From: Abditibacteriaceae bacterium
GTDB taxonomy: Bacteria > Armatimonadota > Abditibacteriia > Abditibacteriales > Abditibacteriaceae
Direction of reading: 5' to 3'
Length of the DNA: 35,876 nucleotides
Assembly: GCA_031425655.1 (NCBI GenBank)
Contig: JANPJS010000235.1
Location: forward strand, 1-35,876
Both the position numbers and the translations under genes were made by a program. The notes under the pieces are model-generated. The model was not told the origin of the DNA and made no database searches. It worked only from the letters and a program-made list of their open reading frames with translations. This document shows, piece by piece, positions 27,225 to 35,540 of the stretch; position 1 is the first letter of the stretch, and the number at the start of each line of letters is the position of its first letter.

Positions 27225-27668
27225 GGAGCGTGCCTGTAAGCCGGATTCTGTGCGCCTCTCCGGCGCCGATGGTCATTTCTCTGCCGCGACGCTTGCGCGC
27301 CGCGTGACGCTAAAAGTTGCCTCGTAGCGCAGCAGCCAACCCGAAAACTCGCCGGGCCGGGTTCTTCGCGTCAGCTTTCGCCTTCGCGTTTTTCGTTTTC
27401 TGCTTGGCCTTGCACCGGACGGGGGTTACCGCAGCACGACTCGCGCCGCACTGGTGCTTTCTTGCTCAAAGGCACGCCTTTGCGCACGAAAAACACCGTT
27501 TCATTTCCACGCCGCCAGCCCGAAGGCTGACGCCGTTTCTTCGTCTCTGTGGCCCTGTCCCGCCGCGCGACTCGCGCCGCGCGTGATCGCCGTTAGCGAC
27601 CGTCCTGCCCTGTGGTGTCCGGACTTTCCTCACGATGAATCTCACCGCGCGACCATCCAGCACGCCCC
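27225..27668 (-). ncRNA. rnpB: RNase P RNA (bacterial type A-like)
   Basis: Minus strand GAGGAAAGTCCGGACAC near the 5' end and AGAAATGACC...ACAGAATCCGGCTTA near the 3' end; ends pair as P1 (GGGGCGTGC / GCACGCTCC). Confidence 0.95.
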
Positions 27669-27685
27669 GTTTCATTTTAAACGAC

Positions 27686-27815
27686 TTTAAACACAAAGGC
27701 ACAAAGACACAGAGGAAACACAAAGAAAGCGATAGAGAGCAAGTGAGACATTACGCCATTCTAATCCTTCAAAATCTTTGTGTTTCCTCTGTGTCTTTGT
27801 GCCTTTGTGTTTAAA
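27686..27815. repeat. 41-bp perfect inverted repeat of ACACAAAG-type units
   Basis: 27686-27726 is the exact reverse complement of 27775-27815, with a 48-nt loop; lies between the PhyH stop and the rnpB 5' end. Confidence 0.9.
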
Positions 27816-27829
27816 AATGTGTTTAAAAA

Positions 27830-28612
27830 TCAGAAAATCTGCGTGTATTTTTCGCCGTTGGTGGCGACGGTGCGCGCGTCCATGTAGCACACGCTGAAAG
27901 CGCGGCGCGAAACGTCGGTGGCGTTGGTGTCGCTGCGGTGGAGCAGCCAGTTGTGCAAAAACACGGCTTCGCCGGGTTCAAGTTCGAGATATTCCACTTC
28001 GTCGTCCGGCGCGAATTCCTGCGCCTGCGCTTCGGTGAGAAAAGCCGACGGATGCGACGGGTTAATCAGGCCGAATTTGTGGCTGCCGCGAATGATTTGC
28101 ACGCAGCCGTTGGCCATCGTGGCCGGATCGAGCGCCGTCCACAGCGTAATCAGCGGATCGCGGTCGAGATGTGTCCAGCGGTCTTGATGCCACGGCAAAA
28201 GCGTGCCCTTATGCGCCGGTTTGTTCATGAACATAGCGCGAAAAGCGGCAATGGGAATCTCGCCGTAAACCTGCTCACAAATCTCGCGGAACAGCGGACG
28301 CTGCATGAATTCAAGAAATAGCGGGTCGAATTCCAAATCCTGAATCTTGCGATAATCGAGCGTGGCGCCTTTCCAGCCGCGCGACTGCGCTCCGGCATTT
28401 TCATATTTGCCGTCCTCGCTATCGAGCTGCATCAAAATGCGGTAGTAATCGAGGCGCGCCTTGCCCAACATGATGTCGTTGATGCGCGTTTGCAGCGCGG
28501 CTAAATCCTCGTCGTTCAGCACCGGGCCGAGCTTCAAATAACCGTCGCTCTCGTATTGCGCCCATTGCGCGCTCGTCAGATTCGTAGTCAGTTCCATCGC
28601 TTCGATAGCCAT
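27830..28612 (-). CDS. Phytanoyl-CoA dioxygenase (PhyH) family Fe(II)/2OG oxygenase
   Basis: YESDGYL, PWHQD (HxD), LWTALD..T.ANGC...GSH, FLHNWLLHRS.N...RR; AGGAG SD. Confidence 0.9.
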   Translation of the reverse strand: MAIEAMELTTNLTSAQWAQYESDGYLKLGPVLNDEDLAALQTRINDIMLGKARLDYYRILMQLDSEDGKYENAGAQSRGWKGATLDYRKIQDLEFDPLFLEFMQRPLFREICEQVYGEIPIAAFRAMFMNKPAHKGTLLPWHQDRWTHLDRDPLITLWTALDPATMANGCVQIIRGSHKFGLINPSHPSAFLTEAQAQEFAPDDEVEYLELEPGEAVFLHNWLLHRSDTNATDVSRRAFSVCYMDARTVATNGEKYTQIF

Positions 28613-28719
28613 GATAATTTCTCCTTTTGCACAAAACGTGCGTTGCTTTCTACTTTCGCCAGTTGCAATAGCAAGGGCAATAACGAAAATGAGCGATGTT
28701 TTACACTATCTGTGAATTT

Positions 28720-28800
28720 AGGAGGTGGGAGGTAGGAGATGGAAGACAGAAACGACGAGTCTGTCACCTCCTACCTTCCACCTCCTACCTCCCACCTTCT
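28720..28800. repeat. GGAGGTA/GGAGGTG heptamer hairpin upstream of the AraC gene
   Basis: AGGAGGTGGGAGGTAGGAG...CTCCTACCTCCCACCTTCT, 6 nt before ATG 28807. Confidence 0.8.
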
Positions 28801-28806
28801 TCCTTT

Positions 28807-29577
28807 ATGCACGACGATCTGGTTTTTCTCGCCACGTCTCGCACACCGCAGAGCCGTGTTTTTATTGATAAATACCTCGACGGCTATTTCACGATTCAGT
28901 TGATGACCGAAGGCACCGGGCCACTTGAAATCGCTTACGATGAGCGCTATTGGACGCTCGAAGGCGACTGGTTTTGGCCGGCGTTTCCCGGTGTTCGCAC
29001 TCGCTTTCAACCCGCGAGCGAGCAGACGACTTGGTTTCACCGTCACGTTGGTTTTCGCGGGCCGCGCGTGGGGCGCTGGCAGGCGATGGGTTTGTGGCCG
29101 GACGCGCCGCAAATTGCGCCGCCAAACCGCAATTGGGCGGCATTTTTCGACGAAATCATTTTTCTGGTGCGGCGCGGCGATTACTGGGGCAACTTGCGCG
29201 CGATTAATCTGGTCGAGCAGCTTCTTCTCGAACTGGCCGAGGCGCGCTCCGGCTTGCAAAAACAGGATGAATGGCTGCGCGGCGTGCTGGAAAAATTAGA
29301 AGGCGAGGCCGTGCCCGATTATGCGGTTTTAGCGGCGGAGCTTGGCATCAGCGTGGCATCGCTGCGCCGCAAATTTAAAGGCGCGACGGGCGTGCCGTTG
29401 CACACCTGGGTGTTGCAAAATCGCATCACGGCGGCGCGCACGCTGCTGGCCGAAAGCGATTTGCCGATCAAAGCCGTCGCTGCGCGGCTTGGCTATAACA
29501 ACGTGTATTTTTTCGCGCGCCAGTTTCGGCAAATCGCCGGAGTTTCGCCCGGCGTCTATCGCAAAAGCCGGTTGTGA
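28807..29577 (+). CDS. AraC-family transcriptional regulator
   Basis: C-terminal LRRKFKGATG...RITAARTLL..SDLPIKAVAARLGYNNVYFFARQFRQIAGVSPGVYR; divergent from PhyH. Confidence 0.9.
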   Translation: MHDDLVFLATSRTPQSRVFIDKYLDGYFTIQLMTEGTGPLEIAYDERYWTLEGDWFWPAFPGVRTRFQPASEQTTWFHRHVGFRGPRVGRWQAMGLWPDAPQIAPPNRNWAAFFDEIIFLVRRGDYWGNLRAINLVEQLLLELAEARSGLQKQDEWLRGVLEKLEGEAVPDYAVLAAELGISVASLRRKFKGATGVPLHTWVLQNRITAARTLLAESDLPIKAVAARLGYNNVYFFARQFRQIAGVSPGVYRKSRL

Positions 29578-29593
29578 TGGCGGAACCCCCAAG

Positions 29594-29776
29594 CAGGGCA
29601 ATCGCATGAGGATTTTTCGGAGGCTTGCCTGAGTGCCCGGCGAATAAATTCGCGGCAACCAAGCGGCAAAGTCCGCCTGCGCGGACTATTTTCTGAGTTT
29701 TTAGTCGCCGCAGGGCGACTTTGCCGAGTGGTTGCCGCGAATTTATTCGCCGGGCAGTTCTCATGCGATTGCCCTG
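29594..29776. mobile_element. 183-bp MITE with 17-bp perfect TIR (CAGGGCAATCGCATGAG) carrying a REP doublet
   Basis: TIRs at 29594-29610 and 29760-29776. Flanks ACCCCCAAG / ACCCTCAAG (8/9 target duplication). Internal palindrome 29634-29756. Confidence 0.8.
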
Positions 29777-29856
29777 ACCCTCAAGCCCCCTTAACAAGGG
29801 AATTTGGGGGTTCCGCTTATACTCAACGCGTCGTAAATTTCGCAAGGAGCAAGAAT

Positions 29857-30858
29857 ATGAAACGTAGAATTATGCCGGCGCTGTGTGCGCTGGCGATGCT
29901 GGCGCCACTGGCGCGAGCCGACGACAAAGCGGCGTTAACCACGCGCTTTGTTTACGAAGCGAATGTGCCACAGGCCGGCGCGCCGGTGCGTTTGTGGCTG
30001 CCTTTGCCATCGGATAGCCCATGGCAAAGCGTCAACGATGTGGAAATCGTGGGCGTGGAGACGTATCAGGTCACGCGCGAAACGAAGTTCGGCAATCGCA
30101 TGGTTTACCTCGAAAGCGCCAAAACGCCGCTTAAAGTGACCGTGTCGTTTACCGTTGAGCGCCGCGCGGTGCGCGTTTTAACTGCCGCCGAACAGACCTT
30201 TGCAGCGCAGTCGTGGATGAATTTTGCCTTAGCTGCGGATGCCAAAGTGCCGGTTGGCGGGCGCTACGGCGACATGGCGAAGCAAATCGCGGGCAACAAA
30301 GCCACCGCCAGCGATAAAATGCGCGCGTTCTTCGACAATGTCGTGGCGACGATGCAATACGACTACAAAAAGGAATCGCCCAGGCTCGGCGAAGGCGATG
30401 TCGCTTTCGTATGCGACTACAAAAAGGGCAACTGCTCCGATTTGCACTCCTATATTATCTCGCTGGCGCGCAGCGAAGGCATTCCCGCCGTGCTGGAATA
30501 TGGTTTCCCGATTTCGGGCATTCCTCTCGACGAACCGCTGAAAAGCGAAGGCAAAATCGGCGGTTATCACTGCTGGACGTGGTTCAAGGACGAGCGCGGC
30601 TGGGTTCCGCTTGACGCCTCGGATGCGCGCCGCTGGCTCGACAACGAAAAGCCGGCCTTGCGCGATTTCGTGTTCGGCAACTTAATCACAGAGCGCAGCG
30701 CCGTGGCCATGTCGCGGGGCCGCGACATCACGCTCGCGCCGGCGCAGAAAGCCGCGCCGCTGAATTATTTCATTTACCCGTATGCCGAAAGCAACGGCGC
30801 GCCGGTTAAAGCCGAATGGACGCTGAATTACCAAGTGCTGAGCCGCGCCGCGCCGTGA
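29857..30858 (+). CDS. Secreted transglutaminase-like domain protein
   Basis: Signal peptide; GNCSDLH...YHCW...GWVPLDAS Cys-His-Asp triad; AAGGAG SD before ATG 29857. Confidence 0.85.
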   Translation: MKRRIMPALCALAMLAPLARADDKAALTTRFVYEANVPQAGAPVRLWLPLPSDSPWQSVNDVEIVGVETYQVTRETKFGNRMVYLESAKTPLKVTVSFTVERRAVRVLTAAEQTFAAQSWMNFALAADAKVPVGGRYGDMAKQIAGNKATASDKMRAFFDNVVATMQYDYKKESPRLGEGDVAFVCDYKKGNCSDLHSYIISLARSEGIPAVLEYGFPISGIPLDEPLKSEGKIGGYHCWTWFKDERGWVPLDASDARRWLDNEKPALRDFVFGNLITERSAVAMSRGRDITLAPAQKAAPLNYFIYPYAESNGAPVKAEWTLNYQVLSRAAP

Positions 30859-30892
30859 TGTCACTTTGCGGGCCGTGCGCTCGCGCAAATCT

Positions 30893-30926
30893 AAAAGCCG
30901 CTTCGATATTCCGAAGCGGCTTTTTT
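30893..30926 (+). terminator. Intrinsic terminator (possibly bidirectional)
   Basis: AAAAGCCGCTTCG-ATATTC-CGAAGCGGCTTTTTT. Confidence 0.8.
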
Positions 30927-30973
30927 GTCGGCGATTATCGGCTCGTTAATGTGGGGCGCAACCTGTTGCGCCC

Positions 30974-31149
30974 CATAGGTATCAAGCTAAGATTTGGCGC
31001 AGCCTAACGCCCGATTGAAATCGGGCGCTATGATAACAAAGCCGGCCTGCGCCGGCTCGATTCCGAGTCCGCGCAGGCGGACTTCGTATCTTTAGCACCC
31101 CATTTTAATGGGGTGCAAGCGGTTATCAAGGCTTAGCTTGATGACTATG
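30974..31149. mobile_element. 176-bp MITE-like element with 18-bp TIR carrying REP-like palindromes, inserted in a GGGGCGC..GCCCCTAC REP-like site
   Basis: CATAGGTATCAAGCTAAG / CTTAGCTTGATGACTATG (16/18 inverted match); second copy at the window start. Confidence 0.65.
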
Positions 31150-31174
31150 GGGCGCCGGGTGCCCCTACATTATC

Positions 31175-34100
31175 TCAGCGAATACTGCGTGGGCCGTAAT
31201 GCGGCAGTTCGTCGCCGGCTTCATAAGCTCCCAAGTCCGGCGCTTTGCCGGCGAAACCGGTGTTAATTCCGGGCAGCGCGGCGCCGGAATCTATCGCGGC
31301 GCTGCCAAGTTTGAGGCGCAAATCGAAAGTGTTAGGAAACTGCGTTTTTTCATCGGCGGGCGTTTGGGTGCCGTTGGCGAAAGCTGTTGCTGCGTCCACT
31401 TGGACGACGTGCTTGTAAACCGGCGCTTTGTCGCGGGCTTCCTGCATCGTGGCGTAGCGCGTGCCGTTCCACTTGAGGAATTTTTCGTATGGGCCGCCGC
31501 CAAAGCCGTCGTAATCGAAGTCGCATTCCTGCATCGGCGCGGTAGATTCATAAGCGTAGCCGCCATTGCTGCCGACGAACAAATTATTGCGAGACACACA
31601 ATTTTTCACCGGCTCGTTGCTCCACAAAACCAAAGGCACGCCTTTTTTGACGACCGTATTGTGCAGAATTAGCACGCCCGACGGCGCGTTGTGCATCTTG
31701 AACGGCTCCACGCCGACGTTGTAAAGCGCGTTGCGAAAAATATAAATCGGGCCGCCGAAAACCGGCTGCGTGGAAATGCCCTGAAACACGTTGGTGAAGC
31801 GGTTGAAAAAGACGCGCACGTTGCGTTCGGAGTAATCGGTTTCCAGCCCATCGTCGGTCATTTCGCTGATTTCGTTGTGATGAATGTCAATCGCAGCACA
31901 ACGCAGCGAGCCGAAGGTATCAATGGCATCGGCGAAGCCGCGAATGCGGTTGTAGCAGATTTCGTGGCCGCTTCCGGTCACTTGAATGGCACGCGCGTTT
32001 TCGATGCCTTTGGTGCGCGGCCAAGTTGCCGGCCCTTCCAGCACATTGTCGGCAATGAACCAGCCTGTAACCGTGTCTTTGTCGTTGTTGGTGCAGGTGA
32101 TGCCGTATTCGACGTTGTTGATTTTGCAGCGGCGAATGACAATGCGCGCCGCGTTGTGGCCCACAAACGCATAATCGGCGTTGCGAATTGTGAGATTTTC
32201 AAACCACACGTCGTGCGTGTCGTTGGCGCTGACGCCGCGACCGGGACGCTTTTCGGCTGTGCCCTGCCCGTCCAAAATCGCTTCGCCATCGCCCGCACCG
32301 CGCCACAGAATCGGGTTGCCCGGCTCGCCGCTTTTGGTAACCGTGAAGGTGCCTTCGTAAATGCCGGCGCGCAGCAAGAAAATAGCGCCGGGTTTGGCCG
32401 CCGCCTGCGCTGCTTCCAAACCTCGAAACGGCTCGGCAGCGGTGCCTTTTCCGCCGCCTTTGCCGGGCGCGACGTGAAAACGCGGTGCGTTCGCGGCGAT
32501 TTGCGGCTCGGCGCGCGTGCGGCTGGGCAAGATATTCTCGACATTGCCGCCATCCGGGTCGCTCAGGCTGAGTTTCAATTCGTAATCGGTGTCTGGTTGC
32601 AACAAAAGCGCGCTACCCGCGAAAAGCCAGGCGTCATTTGGCACCTGAAGCGTGCTTTTGCCGGCCTCATTTTTGTGGTCGCCTTTACGCACGCGCAGTA
32701 ATGGCATCGCGCTTTGCCACGCCGCGCCGGGCTTGCGAAAAGACAGTTCCACTTTCGCGTTTTTGTTGTCGTCGCCGCTGATAATCCAATATGCGCCCAG
32801 TGAATGCAGCGCGGCGGGTTCCAGTGTTGGCTCGCCGTTTGGTTGGGCGTCGTTACGCATCGGCAAAGCGATGGGTTTTGGAGGAACCGGCGTTTGCGCC
32901 ACGCGCGTGCCGGAAATTACTACGGGTTTGGCATTCGTTGCCACACGCGCAGGACGCGGATTTTCATCCGGTAAGGCGATGCCCAAATCGTAAGGAGCGA
33001 AGTTGATGGCATCCAAAACTTCGATTTCGGTCACGTCGAAGAAGCGCTTGTTGGCGATTTTGAATTGCACCCAGCGCGTGTTTACGGGCTTGTCGGGAAT
33101 CAGGCGCGCCGTCAGGCCGTTGAGCGTTTCGTTGTCCGGCAGCATGAAATTAATCGGCACGTCTTTGCGGCGCAGCGCGGTTTGCAAAAAGCCCTGCGGC
33201 GTGAAATTTTGCCCGTCCTGCGAAGTCAGCACTTCGATTTTGTCTTCAATCTGACCAAGCAAGGCATTTTTGGCCTCATAACCATGAAAATTAAGGCCAA
33301 AACTGGCGCATGGCTGCGCGCCACCGAGATCGAGCGTGATAACCGGATTTTTGTTGGCCGTCCACAGGGCGCCCAAAGCATACGAAGTGCCGCCCGAAAA
33401 ACTGGGGCCGACCACGCCATCGGTCAGCTTTTTGCCGTCGGGGTCGCCGGCCTCCCATTGCGTGGCCGAAGGAACTGAAAGCGTGTAGCTCTTACCGACC
33501 GCAAGGTTTTTCCCGTAAGTCGCCCAGCGCGGCACAAACTTTTCGCCGCCTGCATCGCGGCCATCGGAGTAGCCGGATTTTGCGTCCGCGACGGCGCTTT
33601 GCAAATTCACGCGCAGCGAGTTCACGACGGGATGATCTTCGCCGCCGACATTAATGGTGTATTTAAACGGCAGCTTCGAGACCGCCTGCGTGTGGCTGCG
33701 CTCGATTAACGAGTAATCTTTCTGGCGCTCGCTCCAATTGAAAGTGACTTCGAGCGGCTTAAAGGTCGCGTCCGCCGGCTTGTGGTTGGCTTCCATGCGC
33801 ACCGCGTAAATACTGCACGCCGAGGTTCCCGCCGCCGAAGCGTTCAGCAGATATTTGAACAGGACGGAGCGCGTGCCGGCGGGAATATCGGTCACGGTTT
33901 CGTAGTGAATCACGTCCCAGGGCTGCTCCGTGTTGGCTAACGAATAGGTTTGCCGCCATGTTTTGCCGCCGTCGAACGAATGCAAAAAGTCAATGTGCGC
34001 TTTGTCAGCGCGGTTATACAGTCGCCCGCCGTAATTGAGCTTGGTGATGTCGCCCGGTGCGTCCATCTTGAAAACGACCCACGCTTCTTCGTTGGCGTTG

Positions 34101-35488
34101 ATCGCGTGCATGGTGCCCATATAACCGGGATTTTGCTTTGCGAAAGCCACGTTTTTCTGCTCGAAGATGAACGGTTTGGCGCGGTCGTTTTGCAACTCCG
34201 GCCAGTAAACGATGCTGCCGGTTTGCTCTCCGGCGCCGACGTAAATCGTGTTTTTGCCCCAGTTCAGCTTCGGCTGCGTTTTGGCGTTGAGCATGGTGCG
34301 CGTTTCAAACTCAACACTCGTCAGCGCCGCCTGCCCCGTCAGCGTGATTTTTATCAGCACTTCATAAGCGCCGCTGACTTCATTTAGCAAGGTTAAATTC
34401 GCTGCGGCGGCGCCGTTTGGCTCGCTTTTCCAGACTTCGCTCCATTGCAAGCCGTTGGTGGTGCTGAAAGCAATCGCGGCGTTGTTGGCGCGGGCCAACG
34501 CGGCGTTGATTTTCAGACTGGTAATGACATTGGCGCCCTCGATTTTGAACACGACTTCGCCGGGCGCATCGGCTTTTGCCGTCGTCACGCCATCGGCAGC
34601 GGCGCGCACGTTGTTCAGGCTGTGCGCGACTTTGGCAAGCTGCGCCAGATTGGGCTTGAAAGTGCACACGCCGTTGCCGCGAATTTTGAAATCGCTGACT
34701 TTTTCGGGGTCTTTGCCGTTATTGGGCACGAAATACTCCGCTCCATCGCCCAAACTTTTATAAAAGCGCGTATAAACCTCGCCGTCGCGCAAGTTCAAAA
34801 TATAACGATGGCCGCGATCCCAGTCGTGATAATACGAGCGGAATTTGAGCGCGTTGGGGTTGAAACAGCGCACTTCTTCATCGAGCGAGCGAATCGTGTC
34901 GGAGCCGGTCAGAAAGCCGTTCGGACTCGTCGCGGTCAGACAATGGTAGCGGGCGATGTGGCCTTTTTCGACTTTGCCCGCCGATACTTTGCAGCCGCCT
35001 TCTTTGCCGATGTCCTCCACGCCCGCCAAAGTTTTGCCGTCGCACAGCGTATAAAGCGCCGAAAGGCTGCTGTCATACATATGCCAGCGACCTTCGTAAA
35101 AGACTTCGGCTACGGTGTGATTGGAAATATCCCAATACTTGGTTTGGAAGCCCATCGCATCCCAAATCGAGTTATTAATGCCCGAAACGGTGCTGCACAT
35201 GGTGAAACCGTAATCGTTGAACTGACGAATCGGGTCGGTAAGCGCAGTGCCATGAACGCTCATCGGACTGGTCTGGCGCCGCGCGATGTGATTCCAGTAA
35301 AACAGCGCCCACAGCTTGTCGGCGGGCTTTTCGTGCTTGCTCGCAATGCTGTGAATCAGACTGTCCATGTCCGAATAATCCGGCGAGGCATCGGTGACGA
35401 TCTTGAGATTATTCACCTCAGCCCGCGCAGATGCGGACAACAACGCCGCGATACCGGCGATCAATACAAGCCTGAATAATAGCTTCAC
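31175..35488 (-). CDS. Large secreted multidomain protein: transglutaminase-like core, discoidin-like module and right-handed beta-helix
   Basis: Signal peptide; MCS...NHTVAEVFYEGRWHMYD triad; NLAVGKSY...KLTDG; C-terminal parallel beta-helix repeats and SAAIDSG...PDLGAYE tail. GTG start after a GAGGAG SD. Confidence 0.8.
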   Translation of the reverse strand: MKLLFRLVLIAGIAALLSASARAEVNNLKIVTDASPDYSDMDSLIHSIASKHEKPADKLWALFYWNHIARRQTSPMSVHGTALTDPIRQFNDYGFTMCSTVSGINNSIWDAMGFQTKYWDISNHTVAEVFYEGRWHMYDSSLSALYTLCDGKTLAGVEDIGKEGGCKVSAGKVEKGHIARYHCLTATSPNGFLTGSDTIRSLDEEVRCFNPNALKFRSYYHDWDRGHRYILNLRDGEVYTRFYKSLGDGAEYFVPNNGKDPEKVSDFKIRGNGVCTFKPNLAQLAKVAHSLNNVRAAADGVTTAKADAPGEVVFKIEGANVITSLKINAALARANNAAIAFSTTNGLQWSEVWKSEPNGAAAANLTLLNEVSGAYEVLIKITLTGQAALTSVEFETRTMLNAKTQPKLNWGKNTIYVGAGEQTGSIVYWPELQNDRAKPFIFEQKNVAFAKQNPGYMGTMHAINANEEAWVVFKMDAPGDITKLNYGGRLYNRADKAHIDFLHSFDGGKTWRQTYSLANTEQPWDVIHYETVTDIPAGTRSVLFKYLLNASAAGTSACSIYAVRMEANHKPADATFKPLEVTFNWSERQKDYSLIERSHTQAVSKLPFKYTINVGGEDHPVVNSLRVNLQSAVADAKSGYSDGRDAGGEKFVPRWATYGKNLAVGKSYTLSVPSATQWEAGDPDGKKLTDGVVGPSFSGGTSYALGALWTANKNPVITLDLGGAQPCASFGLNFHGYEAKNALLGQIEDKIEVLTSQDGQNFTPQGFLQTALRRKDVPINFMLPDNETLNGLTARLIPDKPVNTRWVQFKIANKRFFDVTEIEVLDAINFAPYDLGIALPDENPRPARVATNAKPVVISGTRVAQTPVPPKPIALPMRNDAQPNGEPTLEPAALHSLGAYWIISGDDNKNAKVELSFRKPGAAWQSAMPLLRVRKGDHKNEAGKSTLQVPNDAWLFAGSALLLQPDTDYELKLSLSDPDGGNVENILPSRTRAEPQIAANAPRFHVAPGKGGGKGTAAEPFRGLEAAQAAAKPGAIFLLRAGIYEGTFTVTKSGEPGNPILWRGAGDGEAILDGQGTAEKRPGRGVSANDTHDVWFENLTIRNADYAFVGHNAARIVIRRCKINNVEYGITCTNNDKDTVTGWFIADNVLEGPATWPRTKGIENARAIQVTGSGHEICYNRIRGFADAIDTFGSLRCAAIDIHHNEISEMTDDGLETDYSERNVRVFFNRFTNVFQGISTQPVFGGPIYIFRNALYNVGVEPFKMHNAPSGVLILHNTVVKKGVPLVLWSNEPVKNCVSRNNLFVGSNGGYAYESTAPMQECDFDYDGFGGGPYEKFLKWNGTRYATMQEARDKAPVYKHVVQVDAATAFANGTQTPADEKTQFPNTFDLRLKLGSAAIDSGAALPGINTGFAGKAPDLGAYEAGDELPHYGPRSIR

Positions 35489-35540
35489 GAATTCTCTCCT
35501 CAACGACGTGGCAGAGAAATTTGACCAATGGCGATAGACA

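Noticed and set aside
27317..27723. Short ORFs overlapping rnpB
   Set aside because: The region is fully explained by the RNase P RNA.
31691..35479. Long plus-strand ORFs (336 and 344 aa) and other antisense ORFs such as 21440-22327 and 13857-14537
   Set aside because: They fully overlap well-supported genes on the opposite strand and have no recognisable motifs; expected in GC-rich DNA.
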